A DNA stretch of 64,000 bases, taken from positions 4,216,001-4,280,000 of the forward strand of contig OZ218953.1 in the NCBI GenBank assembly GCA_965112735.1, in the 5' to 3' direction. The DNA comes from Phaeosaccion multiseriatum (lineage: Eukaryota; Protista; Ochrophyta, other classes). Both the position numbers and the translations under genes were made by a program. The notes under the pieces were generated by a model that made no database searches, was not told where the DNA came from, and was given only the letters and a program-made list of their open reading frames with translations. This document shows, piece after piece, positions 1 through 12,829 of the stretch (the first letter of the stretch is position 1; each line of letters begins with the position of its first letter).

Positions 1-786
1 AGCTTCGTTCGGGGCTTGAAGGAGAAGGCTTTCCGCGCACTGCTCGATAAGGTCTGTCCGTCCATCGGTACCCGCAGTCGGTACTCGGCACTCGGTAGTT
101 GGTAGTCGTCCCCTCGATGCCCCGACTTGCACTCACGCCTTTGTATCCTTTTGTACCTAACCCCCCTGCTGCTGGCGGCGCTGCTGGCGGCAGGACATCA
201 GCTTCTTCGATAGGACGTCGTCTGGAGAGATCACCGCTGCCGTGACGTCAGACATCGCGGCTGTCAAGGTAAGTGTAAGTGTACGTGTGTGCCACAGGTT
301 CGTGTAGAGAGAGAGAGGTTCAAGCTGGCACACGCACACACGCACACAAACACACACACCAGACGACCACGGCCGCGCCGCTTCCCGCCGCCCAGTCGAA
401 GGCGCCGCGCAGTCTAGCCTGTGTCCGCCCTAAGAGAACTCCCTCCTCTTGCCTCTCCTCTATCTTGCCCCCCTTGTCCTTGTGCCGTGACGTGACCTCG
501 TTGCGCCGCCGCTGCCCGCCGCTGCTGCCCCCCCCCCCCCCCTCTGTCTAGGCTGCCCTGCAAATGAACCTGCAGCGAGACCGAGGAATCCGAGCCGTCA
601 TGGAGACCATCATGGGCATGTCTGTGTTGCTCGCGGTACGTCACGTGAAGCCCAATGCCCTCGTGTACTTACTCTATTGCCCCTTCAGCCCGATGTACAT
701 ACATGCGGTGTCTTTTCCGTCTCTTGTCTTTTGCTTCTTGCCTCACCACCTTACGTTCGCATGTCAATGTGTGTGTGTGTGTGCGT

Positions 787-827
<41 letters not shown>

Positions 828-2498
828 TGTGTGTATTGGGGATGCAGGTTCAGTTCCAGCTCGCGTGGATCTTTGCATTAGGTGGGTGAGAGGGAGGTAC
901 CGGGCATGCATGCATGCGTGTGTGCACTCCTGCGCTCGTCGGGGGAGATGGTCATGACCGCGCGATTTTTGTCCGCTCTCATCACGTGGACTGTCTCACT
1001 CCATACGGCAAGCTTTCCCTCCATCACACACACACACAGCTTGTGGATCTCAAGTCTTTGCTGTGGACTGGCCGCCTGCGCCTGCGCCTGCCTGTCTGTC
1101 TGTCTACCTGCCGGCCTGGCTGCCTGCCTGCCTCCCTGCCGGCCTGCCTGCCTTTCTTTCTTCCTTCCTGCTTGTCCTGAAAAACGCAGTGATTCCGGTG
1201 GTCGCGTACGGGCTGGCGGAGTCCCGCAAGAAGCTGCAGACCCTCGCGGGAGAGGAGGGCGAGAGCGTGGCCAAGGAGCAGGGCATCGCGTCCGAGGTGC
1301 GGTGTGCGCTAGGAAGGGCCTTGGAAGGGGCTTGGAAGGGGCTTGGAAGGGGCTTGGAAGGGGCTTGGAAGGGGCTTGGAAGGGGCTTGGAAGGGGCTTG
1401 GAAGGGGCTTGGAAGGGCCTTGGAAGGGGCTTGGAAGGGGCTTGGAAGGGGCTTGGAAGGGGCTTGGGGGTTGAGGGATGGGGATGTTGGAAGAGAGGAG
1501 GGAGGGAGGAGCCGGCAGGCTGAGAACAAGACTGGGAGGGAGGAAGCCCCCCCTTGAAAGCAGCAGCTGCATCGAGGACGGGAGAGTGGAGAGTGGGGAG
1601 GGATGGATGTGAGTCTGGCTCTGCCCTCTGCTCTGGGCCCTCTGCTCTGGGCTCGGGATGAGACGCCGTTCTACCTATTCCGGTGTTTTTTTATTTTCGA
1701 ACCTTCCTCCCCCCCCCCCCTGCGTTCCTCTCCTCTCCATCGCTCCTCTCCACAGATTGTGCGGAACATCCGCGAGGTGCGATCGTTCGGCACAGGTGAG
1801 TCAAGTTCGCCGATCTTCCCCCTCTCTCGGCCTTGTGAAGTTCGCCTTTCTGCCTCTGCCTCTCTCTCCCTCGGGTTCCTGCCTTCGTCCTCCTCCTCCT
1901 CCTCCTCCTCCTCCTCCTCCTCCTCCTCCTCCTCCTCCTCCTCCTCCTCCTCCTCCTCCTCCTCCTCCTCCTCCTCTTCCTCCTCCTCCTCCTCCTCCTC
2001 CTCCTCTTCCTCCTCCTCCTCCTCCTCCTCCTCCTCCTCCTCCTCTTCCTCCTCCTTGGCACTTTGCACACGGACCTTGCCCATTTCGATATCACTCGAA
2101 GCCCCTTGCGGAGAGTGGAAAGAAAAGCAAAAAAGTACATGGCACATCCACCCCACCCACTCTCTCCCTGCGTGTGCGTGTGCGTGTGCGTGCGTGCGTG
2201 CGTGCGTGCGTGTGTACTGTCCGTGGCGCAACCACCAACAGAGAGCAAGGAGCTGGCCAGATTCGCCTCTGCGGCGCGACGAACGTCCCCAATGTCCATC
2301 CAAGCGGGCCGCAGGGCGGGTTCGCTGGAAGCGCTGAACCGAGCTGCCATCTACGCGAGCATCCTTAGCGTGGTGTACTTCGGGGGCAAGCGGGTTACAG
2401 CTGGCTATATGACGGCCCCCATGCTCATCAGCTTCATCGGCTACTGCTTCAGTCTGAACTTTTCCATTCAGGTGGGTGGATGGGCTGGCATGTGTATC

Positions 2499-2564
<66 letters not shown>

Positions 2565-5376
2565 CGTGGAGGTGTGTGTGGTGTGTGTGCGGGGAGGGGG
2601 GAATGGGTGCGTGAGCGGGGGTGGGCGCGTGTGTATGCGCAGGTTAGTACCTGACACCTCACACCTCACACCTCACATCTCCCACCTGATACCTCAGTTT
2701 GACGAAGTCTACCACCCCACCCTCTACCCCCCATTCCGTTCCGTCCACCACCCCCTCCAACCCTGACCATCTCTCCACCAGGGCATGAACTTCACAGTGG
2801 CGGACTACAAGCGTGCCATGGAGGCAATGAAGCGCGTCATGGCGGTGTTCCCGGGCAGCCAAGGCCCTTCTCAGACTGGAGAGCGACCTCCTACTGCCTC
2901 CTCCGCCGCCACAGGAGAGGAGAGGGGCGGAGGAAGCGCGGGCTGTATCGTTATTCCCAAGCAGGAGTTTGTGGGCAATGTTGAGCTCAACAAGATTAGC
3001 TTCGCCTATCCGGTGCGGCCCGATGTGGAGGTGTTCTCAAGCCTTTCCTTGATGATCCCTGCCGGTAGAGTGACTGCGTTGGTGGGCCAGTCGGGGTCGG
3101 GCAAGAGCACGATCGCCGCCCTGTTGAGTGGATTCTACTCTCCGCAGAAGGGAGCCATCCTCATCGACGGCCTGAACATTATGGACGCCGATCGCAAGTG
3201 GCTGACGCAGAGGGTGGCGCTCGTTGGCCAGAACCCCGCCCTGTTCTCAGACTCGCTTGCTGCCAACATTGCTTATGGCGTCTCGGGCCCCCTGACGCCG
3301 ACAACGGCAGCGACAGGGGCGGATGATGGACGAGGAGGAGGAGGAGGAGGAGGAGGAGGAGGAGGAGGAGGAGGAGGAGGAGGAGGAGGAGGAGAAGGAG
3401 GAGGAGGCAAGGGGAGTGAGGCGCTGAGGGAGAGGGTCGTGGAAGCGGCCAAGCAGGCCAACGCCCACGAGTTCATCATGAGTTTCCCAGAGGGATATGA
3501 CACACTTGTCGGAGAGGGGGGGGTGCAGCTCAGCGGAGGACAGAGGCAGCGCGTGGCGGTGAGTGTGTGGCGGAAGACAGGCAGACAGACGGACAGACTG
3601 GCAGACCGGCATAAAAGACAAGGAAGAGACGGACGCCAGCTAAGCGCCTCTCTACGGCCTGTCCTGCCCGTCCATGTGCCTGCAAAGTTTGCCCTCCTCC
3701 TCTTCTGGGCAAAGGAAGCTGTCGTCACCACACCCTCACCCTCCTGCGAACGGAACCCCCTCCCTTTGCACTCTCCACCCCCCGAGTTGGTCTCCCCTGC
3801 AGCGCATGGGCTGCTCCTTGCTACTGCTGCGAGTGGCGTCATCGGCTGCCGCTCCACTGGCCTGACGTCACCCTCTCCCTCCTCCTGCTCCTCCTCCTCC
3901 TCCTCCTCCTCCTCCTCCTCCTCCTCCTCCTCCTCCTCCTCCTCCTCCTCCTCGTCCTCCTCTGTGTGCAGATTGCCCGTGCCATTTTGAAGGACTCTTC
4001 TATCCTCTTGCTGGACGAGGCCACAAGGTGAGATTCGTGCATACATACATACATATACATACATACGTACATACATATATACATACATACATACATACAT
4101 ACGTACGTACGTACATACATACATACATACATACATACGTGGGCTTGAATTGCAGGATTGCTCTCCTTGTGATAGATAAAGGACGTATGTATGTATGTAT
4201 GTATGTATGTATGTATGTATGTATGTATGTATGTATGTATGTATGTTCGTATGTATGTATGTATGTAGATGTATGTATGCTTGCGCTGGAGGGGTGCTCT
4301 CATGCCTACTTTGTACTTCGCAGTACACCCTTTTGTCCTTTTCTCTCCACCCCACCTTCTGCCCCCCCTCCCCCCTCCCTCCCCCTTTCTTTCCGTGGTA
4401 ATCGTCTCATCTCGGACCTGCAATTTCAATTTCCCTCATCATTCTTTCTTTGTCTCGCTGCCGTACCCACTCACTCACCCACCCACCCACCCACCCACTC
4501 ACTCACTCACAGCGCGTTGGACGCCCAGTCCGAGGCCCTGGTTCAGCAGGCCCTGGACAGGCTCATCAAAGGCCGGACGGTGCTTGTCATTGCACACAGA
4601 CTCTCCACGGTACGACGGGTCTTAGATACGTCTTAGATAGTCTTAGACAGGTCTTAGATATGTCTTAGAAAGGTCTTAGATAGGTTTTAAGGTGACAGGT
4701 CTTAGATATGTCTTAGATAGGTCTGAAGAATGGACGTGAAGAGGGAGCGAGGGATGGGGAGGGAGGGAGGGAGAGAGGAAAAGGGGCCAATTCTTGTACC
4801 TGGACTCCACTAAGAAGCTCTTGAAACATCCACAGCAGCAACGCACTGAGATAGGACTTGTGTGTGGCCTCCCCTGTCCTCCTCAACCCGCCCTGTCCGT
4901 CCACTGCCTTCCAAAGGTGATGAACGCTGACAAGATCATTGTGCTCAACAAGGGCGAGCTCGTGGAGGAGGGTTCGCACGACGAGCTCTTGGCCAAGGTA
5001 ATGGGGGGGGGAGGGCATGACATTCTCCCCTAGTAGTTAGAGCATCACACTCTCTCACTCGCTTCGCTCTCTCTCTCTCTCTCTTTGATCACTCAACTCT
5101 CTCGCTTCACTCTCTCTGATCGCTAACTCACTCACTCACTCACTCACTCACTCACTCACTCCCCCCCTCTCTCACTCACCTTCTCACTCACTTCACTTCC
5201 TTTCTCCCTCCGTCCTCCCCTCGCTCGTTTGCTCATGCTTGCACGCACTTCCTCCCCTGTCTTGTTGCTTTTCTCGCCCCCCTTCCGCGGCAACAACGAA
5301 CAATGCAAAGCAGAGAGGAGCCTACAGCGAGCTCATGCGCACACAAGTGAGCAGCTTCGGGGTGCTCCCCGACTAA
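1..5376 (+). CDS. ABC transporter subfamily B half-transporter (TMD + NBD), 5' end outside window, ~12 exons
   Basis: GT-AG spliced exons give [21 protein letters not shown] (~193-268), [12 protein letters not shown], Walker [10 protein letters not shown], signature [10 protein letters not shown]|[19 protein letters not shown]|ALDAQSE, H-loop VIAHRLST, and C-terminus GSHDELLAK|[11 protein letters not shown]...PD with stop TAA ending 5376. Confidence 0.95.
1312..1468 (+). repeat. Intronic 11-bp minisatellite (CTTGGAAGGGG)n, ~13 copies
   Basis: Tandem array just downstream of the exon donor at ~1298. Confidence 0.95.
1887..2055 (+). repeat. (TCC)n intronic microsatellite
   Basis: Directly visible; explains the polyS/P/E/R ORFs in the track. 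Confidence 0.97.
4039..4280. repeat. Inverted microsatellite pair (CATA)n ... (TATG)n in an intron
   Basis: 4039-4140 and 4183-4280 are near reverse complements separated by 42 nt. Confidence 0.85.
4619..4723 (+). repeat. Degenerate 10-11-bp intronic minisatellite (GTCTTAGATA-like)
   Basis: About 8 copies starting just after the donor at 4609. Confidence 0.85.
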
Positions 5377-5872
5377 GTCAAGACACGTCAGCAGCTCAGC
5401 AGCTTTAGTGGGCTCCCCGACTTCCGACAGGAGGGGAGGAGGCCCCTTCTCTCTCATGGGCAGCTTTGCTTTGTTGGTGTAGCGTAGCGTATTGCCGCCA
5501 CGCGGTGGTCCACAAGGAGCCATAGGTGGACGTAGAGGGAAGGAAGGACAATGGAGACCAGTGGGGAGCTCTTACGACGTCGTGACCTTCCGGGGGAGGG
5601 ATGGGCAAAGTGCAAAGTGGCGCACCGATTGGAGAGTCCGGTTCAAGTGAGCAGCTCATCCTCCTCAATTTTTAATTTACTTTACTTTATTGTTTTGGTC
5701 TCTTCTCTCGGTTTATTAGTTGTGTGTAGTTGGGTGGAAGAAGGAGGAAGAAGGCCACAGGAAGGATGGGGTGTGTGTAAGGCGGAAGGGGGGGGAGAAA
5801 AATAAGTCAACGTTTTTGCTGACTTGTTGCGTGAAAAAAAAGACAGGAAAAAAAAACACCTCACACAGTAAA

Positions 5873-7078
5873 ATGCAAATGACGCCGTTGTCCTGCTCCC
5901 GCTGTGCTACGGCTCTCTTGCTCTTGACTGTGGTGCTTCCCTCCAATGCCTTCGTTGTGGCGCCAACGCGCGCAAGTAGTCAGCTGCGAATGTCAGCAAC
6001 AGGGGATGGTAGCAACAGGAACAGCGAACCCCAGTCACGGAGGAGCATGGTTCAGTGGGTAGGGAAGGCTTTGGCAACTACGGCTGGAGCATCGGTGGCA
6101 ATCCAGGCAATCGGAGTGCTTCCAAGTGAGTCAGGGATGGGGCAGTTTTGTTCGTCTCCACTGTGTGAAAGTCTCTGCAGTGACCGTTCTGCATGTGATT
6201 ATAGCGATGCGTTCCTCTCATAGCCCCCTCTACCTCTTTTGCTCTCTACCCTTACTGATGCAGCTCTCCCAGCAGCAGCAGCAGTAACTGGGTTTCCCGA
6301 GTCGGCGCGTCTTCTCAAAGGATACCAGGAGCTGACCTTCCTCCTGGAAAACTGGGACAAGGTGCGTGATGAGGACCAAACGTGGCAACCACACGGACCC
6401 CCCCCCCCCTCCTCCTCCTCCTCCTCCTCCTCCTCCTCGAGTCATAGTCAGCAGGGGAGCTTAGAGCAGGGAGGATGGGGGGACTTCCCTAACAGGGGGG
6501 ACATGTGTATGGGTGCCGTCGCCCCCCCCGGACTTGCCTTCAGCACAAAGTTTGGTACTGCTGGCCCATGTGCTTTCTCCTCGTCTCGGTCACTCTTGCC
6601 TTCTACTCTCTCCTCCCCTTTCATCGCATTCACTGCCTGACTCACTCCTCCTACCTGTCTGCCTGTCTGCCTGTCTGCCTGCCCACATGCCTGCCTCACT
6701 GACTCTACAGGAGACAGAAAAGTGCCAGCCGGGCGGTGAATGTGCTAAGAATCCCGATGTGGTCCGCAAGTACCTCGGGCTGCGCTCCACGACAGACCCT
6801 TTGTTCCAAGTAGAGAAGGTGAGCGACGCAGCGAGGGGCAGAAAGACGGGCGGGTGGGGGGCTGGGCTTGTGTGTGTGTATGTGTGTGCGGGCAGGTGTG
6901 CGTGCGTGCATGGGTGCCGAGCATTCAAGGTTGAGCAAAGAGAATAGAACGGGAGCCGTTGGCCTTCCAAGTGGATGGGGCATGGGTATATGAAATACGC
7001 ACCACCCACGCGTCTTTCTCTGCTGTCTAACCTTTGCTCTGTGCGCCGTGGTTGTGTGTATGTGTGTGTGCGTGCGTG

Positions 7079-7112
<34 letters not shown>

Positions 7113-7674
7113 CCCCCAACAAGATTCTGATCAAGGGCGAGAGGATCGCGGCAGAGGCTGACTTGGACGTTGACGCGTATATTGAGGCGGCAGAGGCCTT
7201 CCAAAGCACACAGAGCCTGGCCAACAGCATGGCATTCACCTCCACCTTTGGAGAGTACAACCCGGGGGGGGGCAAGGAGACCATCGAGAAGTATCTCGAA
7301 GAGTCAAGGAAACAGGTGCAGTAAGGCAGTGAATGTGTTTTCTACGAAGTATTACGCAAGGTGTTTGGTGTGTTTGGGGAGGGGGGGGGGAGGGAGGAGT
7401 GGGTGTGGCACACGCAGGGATAAATACAGCAAAGTGTTGTGTGTGTACTCGCGATGGAGTCACCGCACCCGCACCGGCACCCACCCCACCCCTCTGTCAG
7501 TGTGTCTCTCCCCTCTGCCGCTCTCGGCCCAATCGTCTGTCGTCTGATGTTCCTCTGCTATCATATCATAACTCACCTGCTTTTGTCCTTGTGGTGCTTG
7601 TGGTGCTTGTGGCATAGGTGGTGGAGTGTCAAAAGTCGCTGGGGACCATCGTAGACATCCTCGGGCTGAAGTGA
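5873..7674 (+). CDS. Plastid thylakoid-lumen protein of unknown function, 5 exons
   Basis: Signal peptide ending VLPSNA|FVVAP, S/T/R-rich transit peptide, twin-Arg SRRSM + hydrophobic stretch + PAAAA cleavage motif. Mature part LLKGYQELTFLLENWDK|ETEKC..C.KNPDVVRKYLGLRSTTDPLF..|..TSTFGEYNPGGGK..|VVECQKSLGTIVDILGLK*. Confidence 0.8.
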
Positions 7675-8041
7675 ATGAATGGAGGAGTGCATAGAGGCAA
7701 GCAGGAAAGGCAACATCGCATCGCATCGCATCGCATCGCATCGCATCCCATCGGATCGCCACATCCTTCCATTACCTTATCAGGGGTGGGATGCGGCTCC
7801 TCTTACAGGAATTAACCTAAGAACCTAAGAATTATGTGTGTTAGGAACAAGATGCCGCGGTGGGCGTGCTTGCAGGGGAGGCAGAGGGCAGGCGTGGAGA
7901 TGCCGTGGAGGGGTGCAACTTGTGAACTTGTTTAAACTAAACTAAGGGGGGGGGGGCTCTATTTTGGGGGCCTCCGTTAGCGTCGTCGTTCTCACAACAG
8001 TGACATAAGAATTCAATAGAAATATAGAGACAGCAGTTACA

Positions 8042-10170
8042 TTATTTGCTCATTCCGTCGCTATTTATTTTGGCTGCGCGTGTCTCCTCTCGCGCTTCTC
8101 CCTCGCCCTCCCCTCCTTCTGGTCCTGGTCCTCCTCCTGCCCTGTGGCCTGTTGTTGTATCACCAACTGCCCCTCCTTGGCGTCTCTCGTGGCACTGACG
8201 TACGCCTCCGCCACAAGCTCGAACACGTGCTGTGCCCTCTCGCTGTGCAGCGGATAGCGCAGCCAGCGGTCGGGATGCCATAGCAGCGACAGCCTGGTCG
8301 GGTGGAGGGGAGGGGAGGGGAGAGGTAGGGGGAAGCGGACGATCAGGTATCTATTCATGCGTGTGATCCGAACCGGCGTAGACGTGTCATGACAACAAGC
8401 TTTGTCTCTACTCCTCCTCCTCCTCCTCTTCCTCCTCCTTCTCCTCCTCCTCCTCCTCCTCCTCCTCCTCCTCCTCCTCCTCCTCCTCTTCCTCCTCCTC
8501 CTCCTCCTCCTCCTCCTCCTCCTTCTCCTCCTCCTCCTCCTCCTCCTCCTCCTCTTCCTCCTTCTCCTCTTGCTCTCCTTCCCCTACAAACCTGTAGTAC
8601 GACTTTCTAATCTGCCGGAGCGATACACTCCCGGGGGGTGAGCCATCCCCGGGGGTTGAGCCATCCCCGGGGGTCAGGCCCAGTCTCTCCAAAGGGGACT
8701 GATGAGCGCTCGGCAGATCCACCCCAGTCTCGAGTGCCTGGTGTCAGGATAGCAGGGAGGGGGGGGAGATTGGTAAGTGAGTGGCGGCGAAGAGTGATGG
8801 TAGGGCCGCCGCGGTAGTCACAGTAGCAGCAGCAGCAGCAGCAGTTGGTGATACAGCAGCAGCAGCAGCAGCAGCAGCAATACGGAGGAGGACGAGGAGA
8901 GGTCCTTGTGGACGCACCTCTATGCCCCGGTGGTAGTGCAGCCATGCCTCCTTATTGGACATAGCGCTGACCCCCAGCCCGATGCGCTGCAGCAAGTCTG
9001 CGCAGACCAAGGCATCGAAGGACTGAGCCATGGATCAGGCAAAGCAAGCCAAGGGCAAAGCAAGCCAAGGCAAGAAAGGATATGGTAAGATACGAAGAGA
9101 AGGTAAGAAAAAAGATAAGATAAGATAAGGTAAGATATGATTCAGGCACGACACAGCACGGCACGGCATGGTGACGGAGGGGGTGGGAGAGGGGGGGGAG
9201 GAGGAGTAAGGGCGAGAAGGAGGATGCATCCGTTCATGACGACAGGCAAGGATTACGGACATGGAAGGGTGCACAGTGGAGGCCAGCAGCAGCAGCTGGG
9301 ACACCCGAGCGAGAGAGGCCAGTAGGGGAGGGGAGTCGCGCACGCACACGCACCCACGCACACACGCAGCCAGCCACCCACCCACCCATCCACCCACGCA
9401 CCCACCCACCCACGGACGCCCACCCACCCACCCACGAACACACGCACCCACCCACCCACCCACGCACACACTCACCCACCCACGCACACACGCACCCACC
9501 CACGCACGCACACACGCACCCACCCACCCACGCACGCACACACGCACGCACCCATGCACACACGCACCCACCCAAGCACACACGCACCCACCCACCCACG
9601 CACACACGCACGCACCCACCCACCCACCCACCCACGCACACACGCACCCACCCACGCACGCACACACACACACACGCACCCACCCACCCACCCACCCACC
9701 CACGCACACACCCACCCACCCACCCACGCACACACGCACCCACCCACCCATCCACGCACGCACACGCACCTGCGGCCATAGCACGAGTCTGTCCACCATA
9801 GCGCCGCTCCCTCCACTCCTCCCCTCCGTTCCTGTAGAGCCCCCCCCCCCCGCTGCCCCTGCCCCTGCCCCTGTATCACCAACTGCTGTCCCTGCCACCC
9901 TCTCAGCGGCCCCGGGTCCCTCCGCGAAGCACATGGCGTGGTTAAACACCGTGGAGCACTCCTGCAGGAGCCGCTCGGAGCGGGAGGGTGCCACCACCAC
10001 CATCACGGCCGCCATGAGCTGAGACTCCACCTAGGGAGAGCAGAGGCCAAGGGGTGGTGAGGGGGAAGAAAAGTGGAGGGGTGGGGGGTGGGGGGAGAGG
10101 ATACGAGGACCATCATGGGCCGGGCGTGCGTGCGTGTGGGAGTGCGAAAGTGTACGTGTATGTGTAAGTG

Positions 10171-10215
<45 letters not shown>

Positions 10216-11804
10216 CGTCTCTCCCTCTCGCCCTCGCCCTCTCTCTCCCCGACTCCCTCTTTTCTGCTCACCTGAAAGCACAAGCTCACGTTCCCCGGAG
10301 CGGAGAAGGTCAAGTGACTAAAGTGCACCACACCTCCCACAGTGGTGTTAAATCTGAGGGGAGGCATGTGGGAACGACGGCCAATGCGCGGGCAGACAGA
10401 GGCGAAAGGTGTGGTTCCGATCAAGGGACCGTATGTTACCGTACGTAACCGTACGTAACCGTAAGTAACCGCATGGAACAAGCAAGGACCAACGACTGTC
10501 AATTCTTCTTTCGTGGCATATCGCCCCCCTCCCTTCCTCCCTTCTCCCCTGTGTCGTCCCTGGCCGCCTCTGACACACCTCCCTCCACCAAGCGACGCCT
10601 CGTGCCTTGTGTCCTCCGTCACGTAGGCCTTGACAACGGAGGAGTCGTCCTGTTCCAAGCGCCTGCCCCATTGGTCACGCAGCTGACACCAATGAGAGAC
10701 GTGTGCAGGAAGGGAGGGGGGGAGTTGAGGGGGAGGAGAGGGAGGGAGGGAGGGAGGGAGGGAGGGAGGGAGGGAGGGAGGGAGGGAGGGAGGGAGGGAG
10801 GGAGGGAGGGAGGGAGGGAGGGAGGGAGGGAGGGAGGGAGGGAGGGAGGGAGGGAGGGAGGGAGGGAGGAAGGGAGGGAGGAAGGGAGGGAGGGAGGGTG
10901 TGAGAGAGAAAGGCATATGGGCGTGGGCGCGAGGGGGAGCACCACATGGAAAGGGAGCGAAGTAGGAAGGAATGGTCACGGGCTTGCCGTGTTTGGATGT
11001 GGGGGAAAATGAGTAAAGAAGGAAGGCTTCATGCCATCAACACAAGGCAAGAACAGGGCATCCTCCTCCTCCTCCTCTTTCCACTCACCATGAGCCTAAT
11101 CTGCATGACATCCCCTGCGTGCATCTCGCCTCTTGCTCCCTCGTGCGCCATCTTCAAAATCTCGAGCGCAGCAGGCACCGCTCGTTCTGCACGGCACTCC
11201 TGCACTGCCTCGGTCATGCTCACTGTCACGCCGCTGCCGGGCCCCACCACCGACCCACCTCCTCCTCCTCCTCCTCCTCCTCCTCCTCCTCCTCCTGCTG
11301 CTGCTGCTGCTCCCCCTCCAATGCTGCTGTTGCTACTGCTGCTACTGTTGCGACTACTACTACTGTTGCTGCTGCTGCTGCTGCCGCTGATGCGGGCACC
11401 TCCTTGGCGCAGCAAGGCGTTGATGCAGAAGGCCGCGTCAGCGCTCTCTGCCTGCTTACATGCTTGCACTCGCAGCGCGGAGGACAGCTGCGGCAGGAGC
11501 AGAGCCGCACACTCGGCAGGCATGGGGGACGAGGCGCCACGGCACAGCTCAGCTCTGGATGGGATGTGTGTGTGTGTGGGGGGGGGGGGGGCGGGGCGCG
11601 GATACATAAACAGCAGGGGCCAACAACAACAACAAACAGCACAAGTGCACGGGCGTCAGCGAGGGAGGTCCCTCAGAAAGAAGGTGCCTCTCTCTCCTTT
11701 CTCTCTCTCGCGCTCTCCTTTTTCTCTCTCGCTCTCTCTCTATCCGCGCCCTCTCCCTCTCTCTGTTCTCTCGTTCTCTCCTATCCTCCCCCCCCCCCCC
11801 CCCC

Positions 11805-11835
<31 letters not shown>

Positions 11836-12794
11836 CTTTCGCTGGGCTGCAGCCCGATCACCGAGCCCTCCGCCTTCTTCCAACACTTCGCCGCTGCATC
11901 CCCCCGGGGTTTGGAGGCCGCTTCGCACAGCTTTAAAACATGCTCCTCCCCCAGTGAGGAGGGCAGCCCCTGTGCGCAGGTGATGGGGTGTGTGTTGTCC
12001 GCCCCTCTGCAGAGGCGGACCACCTGGGTATGGGAGAGTGGTCGTGCGGCGCTGTGTAGAGCGACAGACCCGGGGGGGGGAGCCGAGAGGGGGCACGAGC
12101 CGCCGCCATCTGGGAGTTGTGGAGGGAGGGGGAGGGGGAGGGGGAGGGGGAGGGGGAGGGGGAGGGGGAGGGGGGATTAGACTATGATGATGGGGGAGGG
12201 GGGCATAGCAGCAGGGACAAGGGGGCAGTGGAATGGGAGGGAGAGGTGGGAGAAGGGGCCGGAGAGGGAGAGAGGTGTGGATGGGTGGGTGGCAATGGAT
12301 GGATGGATGGATGGATGGATGGATGGTAGTGGATGGATGGATGGATGGATGGATGGATGGATGGATGGATGGATGGATGGATGGATGGATGGATGGATGG
12401 ATGGATGGATGGATGGATGGATGGATGGATGGATAGATGGATGGATAAAAAGACAGATAGAAGGACAGGCAGAGAGGGAGCTCCCAACGAGACTTGCTCT
12501 GCTCTCGCGGTGTACACACACCCATTCACCGACCTTCTCTGCGGCTGGCCATGTGCGAGAGCCTGGGCATGCCTGCGGAGGCGCACTCGGCCGGCGACTC
12601 GTCAGAGGCGGTCCGACACAGCGCCACTCGCAGGGCAGGAGGGATCTCGGGCGGAGCGGCGTTGAAGCACTGCGCGGCAGCCCTGCCCAGCCGGGACGCG
12701 CGAGGCGGCGACAGTGGTGAAGCTGATGATGGTGATGATAAGGAGAAGCCCTCCCCGTTGGCTGAAACTCCCCCACTACTACCACCACCACCAC

Positions 12795-12829
<35 letters not shown>

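Noticed and set aside
8630-8675. Similarity of ggggtgagccat to the CRE 3' tail
   Set aside because: Short GC-rich match inside a coding TPGDGS repeat; chance is sufficient
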